A stretch of DNA of 64,000 bases from an uncultured delta proteobacterium (GCA_963695875.1 CAVOID010000008.1:128001-192000), one strand, 5' to 3'. Shown: positions 42,945-54,018, counted from the stretch's first letter. Translations and numbers: made by a program. The notes: generated from the letters alone by a model not told the origin.

Positions 42945-43922
42945 TTAGCGCCCTCGCGCGCGGTAGCGTGCAACTGATTCCACCCAGCCGCCGGTGTCTT
43001 CGGTTTCTTCTTCCCTTATGTCCCGTCCCGTAAGCTTGATAAACACGTCGTTAAGAGTGGGTGCCCTTGTCTCCACCCGCTCCACGTTTTGGACTTTAGA
43101 TAACAGATCGGGAAGGTGAAGATGGGCATCTTTCATGGTTATCTCAACCAGGCCATCGTTCAGCTTCACATCGGAGACGTAGGGGAGGTCACGTATCATG
43201 TCAAGGGGCGGCTCCTTTACCTGAATGACCACCATGTAGCCGCCCATTGATTCTTTGAGATCGTCCGGGGTATCTAGCGCGATTATCTGGCCGTGGTCAA
43301 TAACGCCAACCCGGTTGCAGACCTGCTCCGCCTCTTCCATGTAATGAGTGGTGAGCACAACGGTGGTCTGCTCATTTTGAGCCATTTTCTTGATGTAGTC
43401 CCATGTCCGCGCCCTTGTTTGCGGGTCGAGCCCCAGGGTGGGCTCGTCGAGGAAGAGTACCGCCGGCCGATGCAAAAGGCCGCGGGCCAACTCGAGACGC
43501 CGCCGCATACCGCCGGAATAGGTGCGCGTAATGTGTTCGGCGCGGTCTTTCAGATCGACAAGCTCCAGTATCTCTATAATTCTTTTCTTTCGGACGTCAG
43601 CGGGGATGCCGTAGAGACGGGCGTGAAGTTCGAGGTTTTCGCGACCGGTGAGAAGTGTATCCAGCGTGGGATCCTGGAAGACGATGCCAACATTGCGCCT
43701 CACCTCCGCGGGCTCCTTCACTATATCGTGACCGACTATAGAGGCACTGCCCGAACTCGGACGGATGATGGTACAGAGCATCCCGATTGTGGTGGTCTTA
43801 CCCGCCCCGTTGGGACCGAGCAGGCCGAAAATCTCGCCCCTCTCTATGTTCAGGTCTATGCCTCGAACGGCCTGAATCTTGCCATAAGTTTTTGCAAGTG
43901 CCCGGGTCTCTATGACGGCCAT
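42945..43922 (-). CDS. ABC exporter ATP-binding subunit (DrrA-like)
   Basis: GPNGAGKTT, YSGGMRRR, LFLDEPT.GLD, LTTHYMEEA, TLNDVF. Confidence 0.92.
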   Translation of the reverse strand: MAVIETRALAKTYGKIQAVRGIDLNIERGEIFGLLGPNGAGKTTTIGMLCTIIRPSSGSASIVGHDIVKEPAEVRRNVGIVFQDPTLDTLLTGRENLELHARLYGIPADVRKKRIIEILELVDLKDRAEHITRTYSGGMRRRLELARGLLHRPAVLFLDEPTLGLDPQTRARTWDYIKKMAQNEQTTVVLTTHYMEEAEQVCNRVGVIDHGQIIALDTPDDLKESMGGYMVVIQVKEPPLDMIRDLPYVSDVKLNDGLVEITMKDAHLHLPDLLSKVQNVERVETRAPTLNDVFIKLTGRDIREEETEDTGGWVESVARYRARGR

Positions 43923-43950
43923 CTTTGATGAGAATTCCTCTTTTGGAAAT

Positions 43951-44595
43951 TTAATATCCAATACCTTTTGATTTCAGAATTTTTTTGGCCTCTTGATGTC
44001 CTGTTCTGGCAGCGGCTTGAATATCCTTGATAGATAGTTCATGCTTTCCGAGCATTTCATAAGAAGTTCCGCGGTTGATATAAGCCATTGCAAATTTAGG
44101 GTTAAGCTCTATTGCCTTATCGAAATCTTTTAAGGCCTGTTCATGGTTACCCGATCTCGCATGGCAAAGGCCTCGCCTGTCATAAGCTTCAACAAAGTTA
44201 GGACTCAATTCAATGGCCATATCAAAATCCTTTATAGCCTGCTCAATGTTTCCTAATTCCCAATAACTGCGGCCCCGTGCGAAATAAGCTAAAACAGCTC
44301 CGGGCTCCAATTCACAGGCTCTGGTAAACGCTAAGATGGCTTCCTGGTGACTACCGGAGATCTGCAATGTACAGCCTTTACCAATCCAGTCCACAGCCCT
44401 CATTTCTGTCTTATCTCTCGTTTTCTTACGTCGGCCATGACTCCAGACGAATAGAATAATGCCAAGAAGTGTTAACACAATGAAACCTGCAGGACCTGTA
44501 TGATAGGAAGAATCGATCATGTAGCCAAACAGCGGCATTAAAAGAGAAAATAATTGAACAAACAGATATGTGTCTCGCCGGAATGAAACTTTCAT
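43951..44595 (-). CDS. Membrane-anchored TPR protein
   Basis: Two N-terminal TMs, then four TPRs (AIKDFDMAIELSP, ALKDFDKAIELNP). Confidence 0.85.
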   Translation of the reverse strand: MKVSFRRDTYLFVQLFSLLMPLFGYMIDSSYHTGPAGFIVLTLLGIILFVWSHGRRKKTRDKTEMRAVDWIGKGCTLQISGSHQEAILAFTRACELEPGAVLAYFARGRSYWELGNIEQAIKDFDMAIELSPNFVEAYDRRGLCHARSGNHEQALKDFDKAIELNPKFAMAYINRGTSYEMLGKHELSIKDIQAAARTGHQEAKKILKSKGIGY

Positions 44596-44659
44596 TTCTA
44601 TTTCATACTCCGTTCTCTGGTATCGCGCTGCAACAGTTTCTGAGAGAAGAACACCGAAC

Positions 44660-45085
44660 TCATTTCGCCGCTGATTTCTTTAACGTTATAAAGGCAGCTT
44701 CGTTATCACTTGTCGATATAATTACTCTCACAGGACAGACATCGAGGCTTGTGGTGGCATATATAAATCTGATATTTATGCCCTTGAACGCCAATAAGTT
44801 GGTAACTGTCTTTAATGCGCCGGGCTTGTTATCAAGTTCGACCATGATTACGTCAATTTCCTCAATTGGTCCAAAATCTCTCTCTTTTATTGCTTCACTT
44901 GCGCGGCGGATATCGTCTACGACCAGCATAATTGTAGCCTGGTTTGACCCTGGTATTTCATAGCCTGCTATTGCCTCGATGTTGATTCCGCGATCAGCCA
45001 GATACCCTGCCATTAAATCCAACACGCCAATCTTGTTGACCACCGTTACAGAGATCTGCTTTGTCAGCAATGCTTTCTTTAACAT
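44660..45085 (-). CDS. Tandem ACT-domain protein
   Basis: QISV.V.NKIG.L, GINIEAI, ELDNKPGAL, GINIRFIY; AGGAGG SD. Confidence 0.85.
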   Translation of the reverse strand: MLKKALLTKQISVTVVNKIGVLDLMAGYLADRGINIEAIAGYEIPGSNQATIMLVVDDIRRASEAIKERDFGPIEEIDVIMVELDNKPGALKTVTNLLAFKGINIRFIYATTSLDVCPVRVIISTSDNEAAFITLKKSAAK

Positions 45086-45130
45086 AATTGCCCTCCTTTC
45101 TGTTATCAGGATATAAATCCCGCAATTGAA

Positions 45131-45184
45131 AAAGCCAACCATTTTCCGGACTATCGGTTTCCAGCCGGAAGAGGTTGGCTTTTT
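45131..45184. terminator. Bidirectional terminator-like hairpin
   Basis: AAAAGCCAACC..TTCCGG-loop-CCGGAA..GGTTGGCTTTT. Confidence 0.7.
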
Positions 45185-45213
45185 AGTATTAATGATACCT
45201 CCTCAATACCCAG

Positions 45214-45525
45214 TTATATCTTTTCAAACATAGACTGAAGTTCCTTAATCAAAGCTATCTCCATTTCGATGAAGTGGTCGTCGGTGAGGATGAATTCGAC
45301 CTCGTAATACGTCTGGTATTCTACTGCACTGGTGGTATGCTCGACGACCTGGGTGATGGCAATGTCCTTGAGGCCTTCGTAATCTTTGGTACGGGATATT
45401 TCCGTTTTGCCGAGGATGAGACGCATGGCTTTTTTGGCATCATCAACGGTCTTAAGAATGATATCAATTCCCTCCAGCTTTCTAATGGCCTTGCTGATCT
45501 TCTCGTCCCGTACTCTTATTCTCAT
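45214..45525 (-). CDS. Hypothetical protein (103 aa)
   Basis: GGAGG SD, uninterrupted ORF with protein-like composition. Confidence 0.7.
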   Translation of the reverse strand: MRIRVRDEKISKAIRKLEGIDIILKTVDDAKKAMRLILGKTEISRTKDYEGLKDIAITQVVEHTTSAVEYQTYYEVEFILTDDHFIEMEIALIKELQSMFEKI

Positions 45526-45754
45526 GATCCCTCCACATCAGATGATAACACTTTACAGTCATACATATTTCCTAGTTTCAAAAGGAGTGTATTAAATTTG
45601 TTGTTGGGTGTCAACAGAATAGAAGGGACTGTATGATATATTTCAGTCGAAGCTCTTTCAGGGTATTAAATCCAAGGGGCTTTGATTGACTGTATTTCAT
45701 TTTTGTTATAAATTTATATAGAGAGTTAGTTTTTCTATTTGAGAGGCAAAGATT

Positions 45755-45958
45755 ATGAAGAAATGTCCATACTGTTTAGAAATTATCGAAAGCGAAGCGA
45801 TTGCCTGTGAATTTTGCGGCAGAGACATTCCTAAACCCAAAACAGATTCCAAAAGGATGTTTCTTTGTCCATTATGCCAAACGGAAGATTCTTATTGTGA
45901 CTCTACAAATAGAATATATTGTCCCCACTGTCTGGATTATATTAAGCGAGATGAATGA
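45755..45958 (+). CDS. Double zinc-ribbon small protein
   Basis: Four CxxC motifs; GAGG SD; TTGACT-17 bp-TAAATT promoter at 45686-45714. Confidence 0.75.
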   Translation: MKKCPYCLEIIESEAIACEFCGRDIPKPKTDSKRMFLCPLCQTEDSYCDSTNRIYCPHCLDYIKRDE

Positions 45959-46052
45959 CGGTTTAACATAAGAGCTTTAAATACAATTACAGTAGGGACG
46001 ATTCCTCGATGCATATTAACATTTTTCAGATAATTCAAAGGGGGATGTAACT

Positions 46053-46481
46053 ATGAAAGTCATTTCTTTTTATTCAATACTGATGATCTGTATGGTTGTT
46101 CTGGTGTTACCGTCTGCCGTGCGCGCAGAGGAAACCAGTGGCAATGCTGTACAGAAGGGCGTGCAGACGATAGAGAAGAAGACCGAACAGGGCATCCAGA
46201 AGGTGGAATCCGCGGCCGAAAAAGCTGCCGAGAATATTGAAGCAAAAAAACGGGAAGCTGAGGCAAGGATCAAAGCAGCTGCAAAATATGGACATGAGAA
46301 AGCACAGAAAAGAGTTGAATGGCTGAAGAGGAAAGCCGCAAAGCTGGAAGCAGAAGCGGCAAGGATAGAAGCACGCATTGAAGCCGATATCCGGAGGGAA
46401 CGAGATAGAATCGAGAAAAAAGCACTCGAACTAAAAATGAAGCTGGAAGGCGAAAGGCCAAAGACGGAGGAGAAGAAGTAG
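46053..46481 (+). CDS. Secreted charged coiled-coil protein
   Basis: Signal peptide (AVRA-EE), E/K/A-rich helix. Confidence 0.75.
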   Translation: MKVISFYSILMICMVVLVLPSAVRAEETSGNAVQKGVQTIEKKTEQGIQKVESAAEKAAENIEAKKREAEARIKAAAKYGHEKAQKRVEWLKRKAAKLEAEAARIEARIEADIRRERDRIEKKALELKMKLEGERPKTEEKK

Positions 46482-46497
46482 ATTTGGGGAATTTCCC

Positions 46498-47121
46498 TTA
46501 CGGCAATAAAATGCTTATCAGAGCTAAAATAATCCAGCGGAAAAAAGCAATGAGAGGGTCCAAAGCCCCGATATACAACAGGCCAATAATGATAAATAAT
46601 CCAAAAGGCTCAAGTCGGGAAAGATAATATTGAAATCTTTCCGGGACGAATCCCATGAGGATTTTTGAACCGTCAAGAGGTGGGATCGGAATTAAGTTAA
46701 ATGAAGCCAGTATGATATTTATCTGTGCCAGATAAAAGAGAAGTGTTGCCAGAACTCCCGAAGGTGCCGGTGATAAAAGGCGAAGTAGAAAGAAAGCAAG
46801 AAAGGCCAATATCATGTTTGCTGTGATTCCCGCCGATGAAACGAGTATCAGCCCCTTGCGCGTGTCACGCAAATTATTAAAATTCACCGGCACAGGCTTT
46901 GCCCATCCAAAACCGAAAATAAAAAGCATGACTGTGCCGATAGGATCGAGATGTTTTAACGGGTTGAGGCTTAACCTGCCTAGCGACTTAGCCGTTGGAT
47001 CACCCATCCGGTATGCCACCCAGCCGTGGGCCAGCTCATGAAAAATAACGGAATACAAAAGAGGTATCGCAAGAAGAATAAATGTAAAAGGATCCTTGAT
47101 CAGAAGATTGAGTAGTCCCAT
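46498..47121 (-). CDS. Site-2 protease (M50 family)
   Basis: HELAH, GDPT, NPL.HLDP, GWAKPVPV, FNLIPIPPLDG. Confidence 0.92.
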   Translation of the reverse strand: MGLLNLLIKDPFTFILLAIPLLYSVIFHELAHGWVAYRMGDPTAKSLGRLSLNPLKHLDPIGTVMLFIFGFGWAKPVPVNFNNLRDTRKGLILVSSAGITANMILAFLAFFLLRLLSPAPSGVLATLLFYLAQINIILASFNLIPIPPLDGSKILMGFVPERFQYYLSRLEPFGLFIIIGLLYIGALDPLIAFFRWIILALISILLP

Positions 47122-47384
47122 TTATGCACCTATTATATCAGCTTTCGATTTTCAAAATCAGTCTTGTATTTATAATATACGATTGTGCAGTTTTAAAATA
47201 GTGTTTTTAGGATATAATAAAACATTAATCCAGGCTATACAAAAATCAAAGATGTTGGAAATGAAGAAATAAATATAGAGCCTGGGAAATCTTCCATATC
47301 TTGCTAATACAGAAAACAGAACACCCACCATAAATAGCAGACCTATGATTTAGAATGTGGTATAGGTAGCATAGGCAGGTGACT

Positions 47385-47582
47385 ATGGTTAAAAGTGTTA
47401 TTTTAAATGTCGGACAAAAAATAAAAAGAAAAGAGTTAGAGAAGCAGGAATGGGTATTGCTAATGAATTTGCCTAATGGCAATGAATTATTCAGCCGCAA
47501 TAACATAAAAGTGATGTGGGATCCGAAAAATGAGGAAATTGTGCATTTATTCACTTCCACAGATACTTATAGACATTTTTAG
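47385..47582 (+). CDS. Small hypothetical protein
   Basis: AGGTG SD-like sequence, 65-aa ORF in an AT-rich gap. Confidence 0.5.
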   Translation: MVKSVILNVGQKIKRKELEKQEWVLLMNLPNGNELFSRNNIKVMWDPKNEEIVHLFTSTDTYRHF

Positions 47583-47663
47583 AACATTCTAATCCGAAGC
47601 AAATAAAGATTTACACGCACTAATTTTTATACAATACTCCGAGTCGCTACATAAGAGGTTAAA

Positions 47664-49082
47664 ATGAAATCATCAATCTGGAAATCCATCCTTCCTTTGC
47701 TCTTGGGTATCATTATCGCCTTACTACCAGCCCCCCAGGGACTGAGTTTGACGGCCTGGTATTTCTTTGCCATCTTTTCCGCCGTTATCTTTGGTCTGAT
47801 CCTCGAACCTATTCCGGCCGCCGCGATAGGGTTTATAGGTGTATTCCTGATAGCAGTTTTGGGCTTTGTAGGTCCAAAGCCGGGAGACTCAATCAGGTGG
47901 GCATTGTCCGGTTTTTCCAACACAACGGTCTGGCTCATATTCGGGGCGTTCATGTTCGCCCTGGGCTATGAAAAGACAGGACTTGGCAAACGTATTGCGT
48001 TGATCCTTGTCAAAATATTAGGCAAAAGGACCCTGGGATTAGGCTATGCAATAACCTTTTCTGACCTGATTCTGGCCCCCTTTACCCCATCAAACACCGC
48101 GAGGAGTGCCGGTACTATCTTCCCTATTATACGAAATCTACCGGGCTTATATGGTTCTGCCCCCGGGGAAACGTCACGCAGGATTGGGGCGTACATCATG
48201 TGGACAGCATTTGCAACGACCTGTGTCACCAGTTCAATGTTTATCACCTCTTTGGCGCCCAACCTCCTGGCTCTTGAACTGGTGAATAAGACGGCGAAAA
48301 TCAGCATTTCCTGGATGGAGTGGTTTGTCGGATTTCTCCCCGTAGGCGTCATCCTTGTCCTCATTCTTCCATACCTAATTTACAAAATCTACCCGCCCGA
48401 GATCAAATCCAGTCAGGAAGTACAATCCTGGGCATCTCAGGAACTGGGCAAGATGGGCAAGTTTAGCCGCAAGGAGCTGGTGATGGCACTGCTGGCTATT
48501 CTCGCCCTGGCTCTGTGGATTTTCGGTGGAAGCATCGTGGATGCTACCACTGTGGTAGGTGTAGTCATATCTTTGATGATAATCACAGGAATCGTTACGT
48601 GGGATGATATCCTCAGCAATAAACCTGCCTGGAATGTGCTGGCATGGTTCGCTACACTTGTCGCCATGGCAGACGGCCTCAACAGGGTGGGTTTCGTCAC
48701 CTGGTTCGCCAAGAGTGCATCAGCTCTATTAACCGGGCTGTCTCCAATCGTCATCATGGTCAGCCTGTTGGTTATATTTTTCATCGTTCATTACATGTTT
48801 GCCAGCATTACGGCTCACGTTACGGCTGTTCTGCCCGTGATTCTGGCAGCCGGCGCCCTTGTGCCGGGCATGCCCGTCAGGACTTTTGCTATGCTTCTCT
48901 GTTACAGCCTGGGGATAATGGGCATAATCTCTCCGTATGCCACTGGTCCCGGCCCGGTCTATTTCGGGAGCGGGTACGTCAATCGAAAAGATTTCTGGAC
49001 CCTCGGATTAATCTTTGGTCTGATTTTTCTTACGGCGCTGATAGTCATTGGTATCCCATACCTTCTCGCTATACAACTTTGA
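47664..49082 (+). CDS. DASS family anion permease (CitT/TtdT-like)
   Basis: ALSGFSN..VWLI, KTGLGKRIA, PSNTARS, HYMFAS.TAH, PYATGP. Confidence 0.92.
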   Translation: MKSSIWKSILPLLLGIIIALLPAPQGLSLTAWYFFAIFSAVIFGLILEPIPAAAIGFIGVFLIAVLGFVGPKPGDSIRWALSGFSNTTVWLIFGAFMFALGYEKTGLGKRIALILVKILGKRTLGLGYAITFSDLILAPFTPSNTARSAGTIFPIIRNLPGLYGSAPGETSRRIGAYIMWTAFATTCVTSSMFITSLAPNLLALELVNKTAKISISWMEWFVGFLPVGVILVLILPYLIYKIYPPEIKSSQEVQSWASQELGKMGKFSRKELVMALLAILALALWIFGGSIVDATTVVGVVISLMIITGIVTWDDILSNKPAWNVLAWFATLVAMADGLNRVGFVTWFAKSASALLTGLSPIVIMVSLLVIFFIVHYMFASITAHVTAVLPVILAAGALVPGMPVRTFAMLLCYSLGIMGIISPYATGPGPVYFGSGYVNRKDFWTLGLIFGLIFLTALIVIGIPYLLAIQL

Positions 49083-49124
49083 TATTAATATAGACAAGGG
49101 CCAGAACATCTATAAGGAGATCAT

Positions 49125-50213
49125 ATGCCTTCATATCGAATCGCAATTATACCGGGAGATGGGGTTGGAAATGAGGTGGCGTCGGAAGCTACCAAGGTTC
49201 TAAAGGCAGTTGCGGATAAGCACGGATTTAATATCAAGACGGAAAATTTTGACTGGGGTTGTGACTATTATTTAAAGAATGGTATGATGATGCCAGATAA
49301 TGCCCTGGAGATATTACGAGGTTTTGATAGCATTTTTTTGGGATGTATCGGGGATGCCAGTAAAGTTCCCGACCATATCTCCCTGACCTTCCTTCTCACA
49401 ATTCGCAGGGGGTTTGATCAATACATAAATTTACGGCCAATCAAGCTCTATCCCGGAGTTGAATCACCGGTGAAAACCGCAACACCTGAAACTGTTGATA
49501 TGGTGGTAATCAGGGAAAATACCGAAGGAGAATATTCGGCTGCAGGGGGTTTTTTCAAGCTGGGAACTCCTGATGCCCTTGCCATTCAGACCGGTATCTT
49601 TACCCAAAAAGGATGCGAAAGGGCGATTCGCTTTGCTTTTGAGCTTGCCCGCAAGCGGAAAAAGTTTGGCAGGAAGGTTCCTGTCGGGATGGTAACCAAC
49701 TGCACTAAATCCAACGCACTTAACTATTCCATGGTTTTTTGGGATTCGGTGTATCAAAGAGTGGCTAAAGAATATCCGGACATAAAGACAGATATGGCTT
49801 TGGTAGATGCCCTGACTATGTGGTTTGTGAAAAATCCGGAATGTTTCGATGTGATCGTAGCCTCCAATCTCTTTGGAGACATCATCACGGATCTCGGAGC
49901 AATGCTTCAAGGGGGTATGGGATTTGCGGCAGGGGGTAACATTAATCCGGAGAAAATTTACCCGTCTATGTTCGAACCTATTCATGGCTCAGCGCCTAAG
50001 TATGCCGGAAAAGCAATTGTCAATCCCATAGCGTCGATTGAATCGATTCGGATGATGCTGGATCACTTAGGAGAAGAGCAGGCCGCCTTGGATATACAAA
50101 AGGCTGTGATGACAACCCTGGCCTTGGGGAAAGTCAAGACCTCTGATATGGGGGGGACAAATAAGACGAATGAAGTCGGCGATGCAGTCAGGAAGGCTAT
50201 TCTCAATACATAA
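49125..50213 (+). CDS. Tartrate/D-malate dehydrogenase-like beta-decarboxylating dehydrogenase
   Basis: [32 protein letters not shown]......FWD, NLFGDI, SMFEP.HGSAP. Confidence 0.82.
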   Translation: MPSYRIAIIPGDGVGNEVASEATKVLKAVADKHGFNIKTENFDWGCDYYLKNGMMMPDNALEILRGFDSIFLGCIGDASKVPDHISLTFLLTIRRGFDQYINLRPIKLYPGVESPVKTATPETVDMVVIRENTEGEYSAAGGFFKLGTPDALAIQTGIFTQKGCERAIRFAFELARKRKKFGRKVPVGMVTNCTKSNALNYSMVFWDSVYQRVAKEYPDIKTDMALVDALTMWFVKNPECFDVIVASNLFGDIITDLGAMLQGGMGFAAGGNINPEKIYPSMFEPIHGSAPKYAGKAIVNPIASIESIRMMLDHLGEEQAALDIQKAVMTTLALGKVKTSDMGGTNKTNEVGDAVRKAILNT

Positions 50214-50232
50214 GCTGGAAGGAGGATAATTT

Positions 50233-51217
50233 ATGCGAAAACATAATATGATTATAGTATTACTTGTTGTGATTCTGGTTTCTGCGTGCGTAGGACCAAG
50301 AGTCAAGCTTTTCAGTGAGGCACCTGAGCCCCTTAAAGAGTTCACTATCGAAGGCAGCGGTACGGATAAAATCTTGCTGATTCCTGTAAACGGATTGATT
50401 TCAGACATGCCTAAAAAAGGTTTAATCGGTACATCACCTAGCGTGGTTGAACAAGTTGTTGCGCAGATGCACAAAGCGGAGAAAGATAAACGTATCAGAG
50501 CGGTTTTGCTCAAAATAAATTCTCCCGGGGGTACGATCACCGCCAGCGATCTTCTATATCATGAAATTTTATCATTCAAAGAGAGAACGGGTGCTAAAAT
50601 CATAATTTCCATGATGGATGTTGCCACGTCCGGGGCTTATTATATGTCTCTTCCTGCCGATATGATCATTTCGCATCCGACAACAGTAACGGGTTCCATA
50701 GGTGTTATTTTTCTGCAACCTAAAGTCAGTGGCTTGATGAACAAAATCGGTCTTGGTGTGGATGTGAAAAAATTCGGTAAAAATAAAGATATGGGGTCGC
50801 CTTTCAGGGACAGCAGTGAAGAAGAACAAAAACTCATACAAAACGCAGTAAACGATTTCGGAGAACGATTTATACGTTTAGTACAAAAACATCGCAATCC
50901 GGAAAAGGCAGGCTCTTGTGGAAATTTCCACAGCGCGAGTATTTCTGGCCGATGAGGCCTTGAAGATGGGACTGATAGACAAAATCGGCTATCTAAATGA
51001 TGCTGTCAAAGAGTCAAAAAAACTGGCGAGGATTCCCGAGGATGCCAGAGTTGTAGTATATCGGCGTACTGAGTTTCCTGAAGATAATTATTATAATATC
51101 GCAGGAGCTGCATCTGAAGGTTTCATTTGCTCATCTATTAATATAGAAATCCCCGAAAGCCTCAATCTTAAGACCGGGTTTTATTACCTGTGGCCTGGAG
51201 CAATTGCAAGCGATTGA
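50233..51217 (+). CDS. sppA: Second SppA-family peptidase, lipoprotein type (frameshift near 50910)
   Basis: Lipobox VSAC; KINSPGG, VATSGAYY, TGSIGVI, KDMGSPFR. Confidence 0.85.
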
Positions 51218-51248
51218 GCTTCTTTAATAAAGATAGGAGTGTGAAGAC

Positions 51249-51443
51249 ATGACCACGATTATGCCCGAAGGAGAAAATATTCGCAAAGCCGTCAAATGGA
51301 TCTCCAGCGAACTGCAGGAAAATCCGACCAAGTCCCTTCAGAAACTTGTTAATGATGCGGTCTTACGTTTTGACCTGTCTCCGAAGGATGCGGAGTTCCT
51401 GACTTCGTTTTATCGCAAAGATAGCACGAATATTCCTAAGTAA
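51249..51443 (+). CDS. Small hypothetical protein (64 aa)
   Basis: AGGAG SD; PEGENIRKAVKWIS...A.LRFDLSPKDAEFL. Confidence 0.75.
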   Translation: MTTIMPEGENIRKAVKWISSELQENPTKSLQKLVNDAVLRFDLSPKDAEFLTSFYRKDSTNIPK

Positions 51444-51618
51444 ACACATTGAGACGATACTGAAATGATACACACCGTCCTGCAAGCATGGGGGTATGGT
51501 TTGGTGTGATTATAAATCACTACATATCAACATGTCAGAAATGTGTCATGCACACATTTCAAATGATAATGCTTGAGAACGTTAGAAATTCCTTATTTTT
51601 TATAATTTTTATCCTACA

Positions 51619-52512
51619 GTGGACAAACCGCAAAATATAATTTGGGAAGCGGGTCGCCTCGCCAGCTTCCTGCTAAGGGTATTACGCAGCTTTAAACGTA
51701 ATCAGGGCATACTTTTATCTGGTGCCGTTGCATACTACACCCTGTTATCAATCGTTCCCATGTCAATTCTCATTCTCATCGTACTGTCGCATTTTATAGA
51801 CGAAGTACAGTTGTTTCACACTTTATCGACGTACATAGAAATGGTGATACCGGGCTATGCGGCAACCTTAACTGAACAGGCGCGAATATTTCTTGCACAC
51901 CGTAGGGTGATTGGCATCATCGGATTTCTGGTTATGCTGTTTTTCAGCTCCATAGCATTTACGGTGCTTGAAAACGCCATGTCGGTCATTTTTTTTCGTC
52001 GTGTCAGAATTCTACGTCGCCATTTTCTAATTTCCGCCATAATCCCTTATGTATATATATTTTTGTTGGGTACCGGTATATTGCTGGTATCTTTTATTGC
52101 AGGAATGTTAGAGACACTTGCCAACAGGCCATTGGTAATCTTGGGATGGGGTTTGAGTGTTCAAGCCACCACCGGACTTGCGCTGTATATACTGGGCATG
52201 ATAGGTGAGGTACTTATGCTCACATCCTTATATCTGGTTATGCCTGTTGGGCGTATTGCCTTTCGTCAAGCACTGATCGGAGGGATCACAGCAACGATTT
52301 TATGGGAGATTACGCGTCGTGTTCTTGTCTGGTATTACTCGGCAATTTCCCTCGTTAATTTAATTTATGGTTCTTTTACCACTGTTGTAGTGTTCCTTCT
52401 CAGTATAGAAGCTGCAGCGTTAATCCTTCTGTTGGGTGCCCAGGTCATAGCGGAATTTGAACATGGGTCGGACAAATTAACTTTGGATAATCAGTCAGGT
52501 TTTGAAACGTGA
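51619..52512 (+). CDS. YihY/BrkB family membrane protein
   Basis: AVAYYTLLSIVP, LY.VMP, IYGSF, LLLGAQ. Confidence 0.9.
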   Translation: MDKPQNIIWEAGRLASFLLRVLRSFKRNQGILLSGAVAYYTLLSIVPMSILILIVLSHFIDEVQLFHTLSTYIEMVIPGYAATLTEQARIFLAHRRVIGIIGFLVMLFFSSIAFTVLENAMSVIFFRRVRILRRHFLISAIIPYVYIFLLGTGILLVSFIAGMLETLANRPLVILGWGLSVQATTGLALYILGMIGEVLMLTSLYLVMPVGRIAFRQALIGGITATILWEITRRVLVWYYSAISLVNLIYGSFTTVVVFLLSIEAAALILLLGAQVIAEFEHGSDKLTLDNQSGFET

Positions 52513-52781
52513 TTATAATCTCATGTTGCTAAAAAGCATTTATGCTGATAGCTCTATGGACGAGACTGACCTTAATGAAATAAATGGCGAACGATGTTTG
52601 TGTTCTCTTGTTAAGAAATAACAAAAATGGTATATTTATTGCCATTGATAAATAATAACCCTCAGTTATAGGGATAGAGAAGCTTTTATCCCGCCGCACA
52701 GCAGCAATAAGGAGTATCTAATCGAAAGCAGGGCAAGCAACGGGACTGCAGGGATATCACACATAGACTTAGATAATTTAT

Positions 52782-53961
52782 ATGACAAACGAGCTGACAT
52801 ACGTGGTGATCACACCATATAGTCTTATCAAATCCAGGACTGGTAATATTATTGCGCGGCTCATGTCATTTTCCGGCTGTGATCTGGTCGGTGTCCGGAT
52901 GATGCGGCCATCAGATGAGTTTGTCGACGAATATATCCGGCGCGTGAAAAATCTGAGCATTGATCCCAAAGTAGGAAAGGCACTTGTCGATTACATCGAT
53001 CAAAACCTGCGGCGTGAAAATATCCTCGGTCAGGCAAACCGGTGTCTGTTTCTCCTGTTTGAGGGCGAAAATGCTGTGGAGCAGGATCTACGAAGTTGTC
53101 GGCAAGCTCACAACAGAGACGGAATCGGAGGCCATTCGTGGAACTATTCGGGGGACTTACAGCGACTTTATTACCACCCCCGACGGAACAGTCAGATATT
53201 TCGAACCGGCTGTACTGGTGCCGACACATCTTGAATATGCGAGAAATAATTTAGAGTTGTTCGCACAGCTTGGATTCAACGACTCCGGTATCTATGAGGA
53301 GACTGCTGAAGGGGAAACGACACTGGTAATTTTAAAGCCGGACAATTTTTTCAAGCATTCCGTCCGACCCGGCAATATGATCGATATGTTTTCCAAGACA
53401 GGCCTCCGGATTGTCGGTGCACGCATGATCCGGATGAGTGCCGCTCAGGGTGAGCAGTTCTATGGATTCCTTCGGGATATGTTCAGGAGGAAACTCAAGG
53501 ATCGGATAGCGGAGAAGATCAGGGAGGGGATTGAAGGTCTATTCGGTTTCGAGATAACAAATGAAGAATACAAGGCCATGGCCAGTGTAATCACAGAAAA
53601 GAATGCTGCATATGAGTTTTCGCAAATCGTGAAATATATGACCGGTATTGATCCAAGCACAGTGTCACAGGAAGACCGCAACAAGCCGGGGACGCACCCG
53701 GCGCTTGCGCTCCTTTACCGCGGATATAGCGCGGTCGGGAAAATCCGCGAGCGCTTAGGCGAATCCGATCCGGCAAAAGCCGCGGCAGGTACAATTCGTT
53801 CCGACTTCGGGCAGAATATCTTGCAGAACGCTGCACACGCGTCCGACTCTGTCCAAAGGGCTATCCATGAACGGAAGATTATAGGTCTTTATGATAACGC
53901 CGGTGATGACTGCATACAAACTATCACAGACTGGCTAAAGGGTAGCTATAAAAAGTCTTAG
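52782..53961 (+). CDS. ndk: Tandem-domain nucleoside diphosphate kinase (frameshift near 53085)
   Basis: Domain 2: TLVILKPD, GTIRSDFG, NAAHASDS; domain 1: TYVVITPY, GTIRGTY, no HxSD. Confidence 0.8.
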
Positions 53962-54018
53962 CTTAATGCTGGCTTGTAACTCCAGTCTACACTGAGGTAT
54001 TTACGAAGGAGGAATGAT

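Noticed and set aside
52680..52780. c-di-GMP riboswitch before ndk (GGGCAA...GGGAC)
   Set aside because: The stems and GNRA tetraloop/receptor cannot be formed; only an isolated GGGATA/TATCCC hairpin is present.
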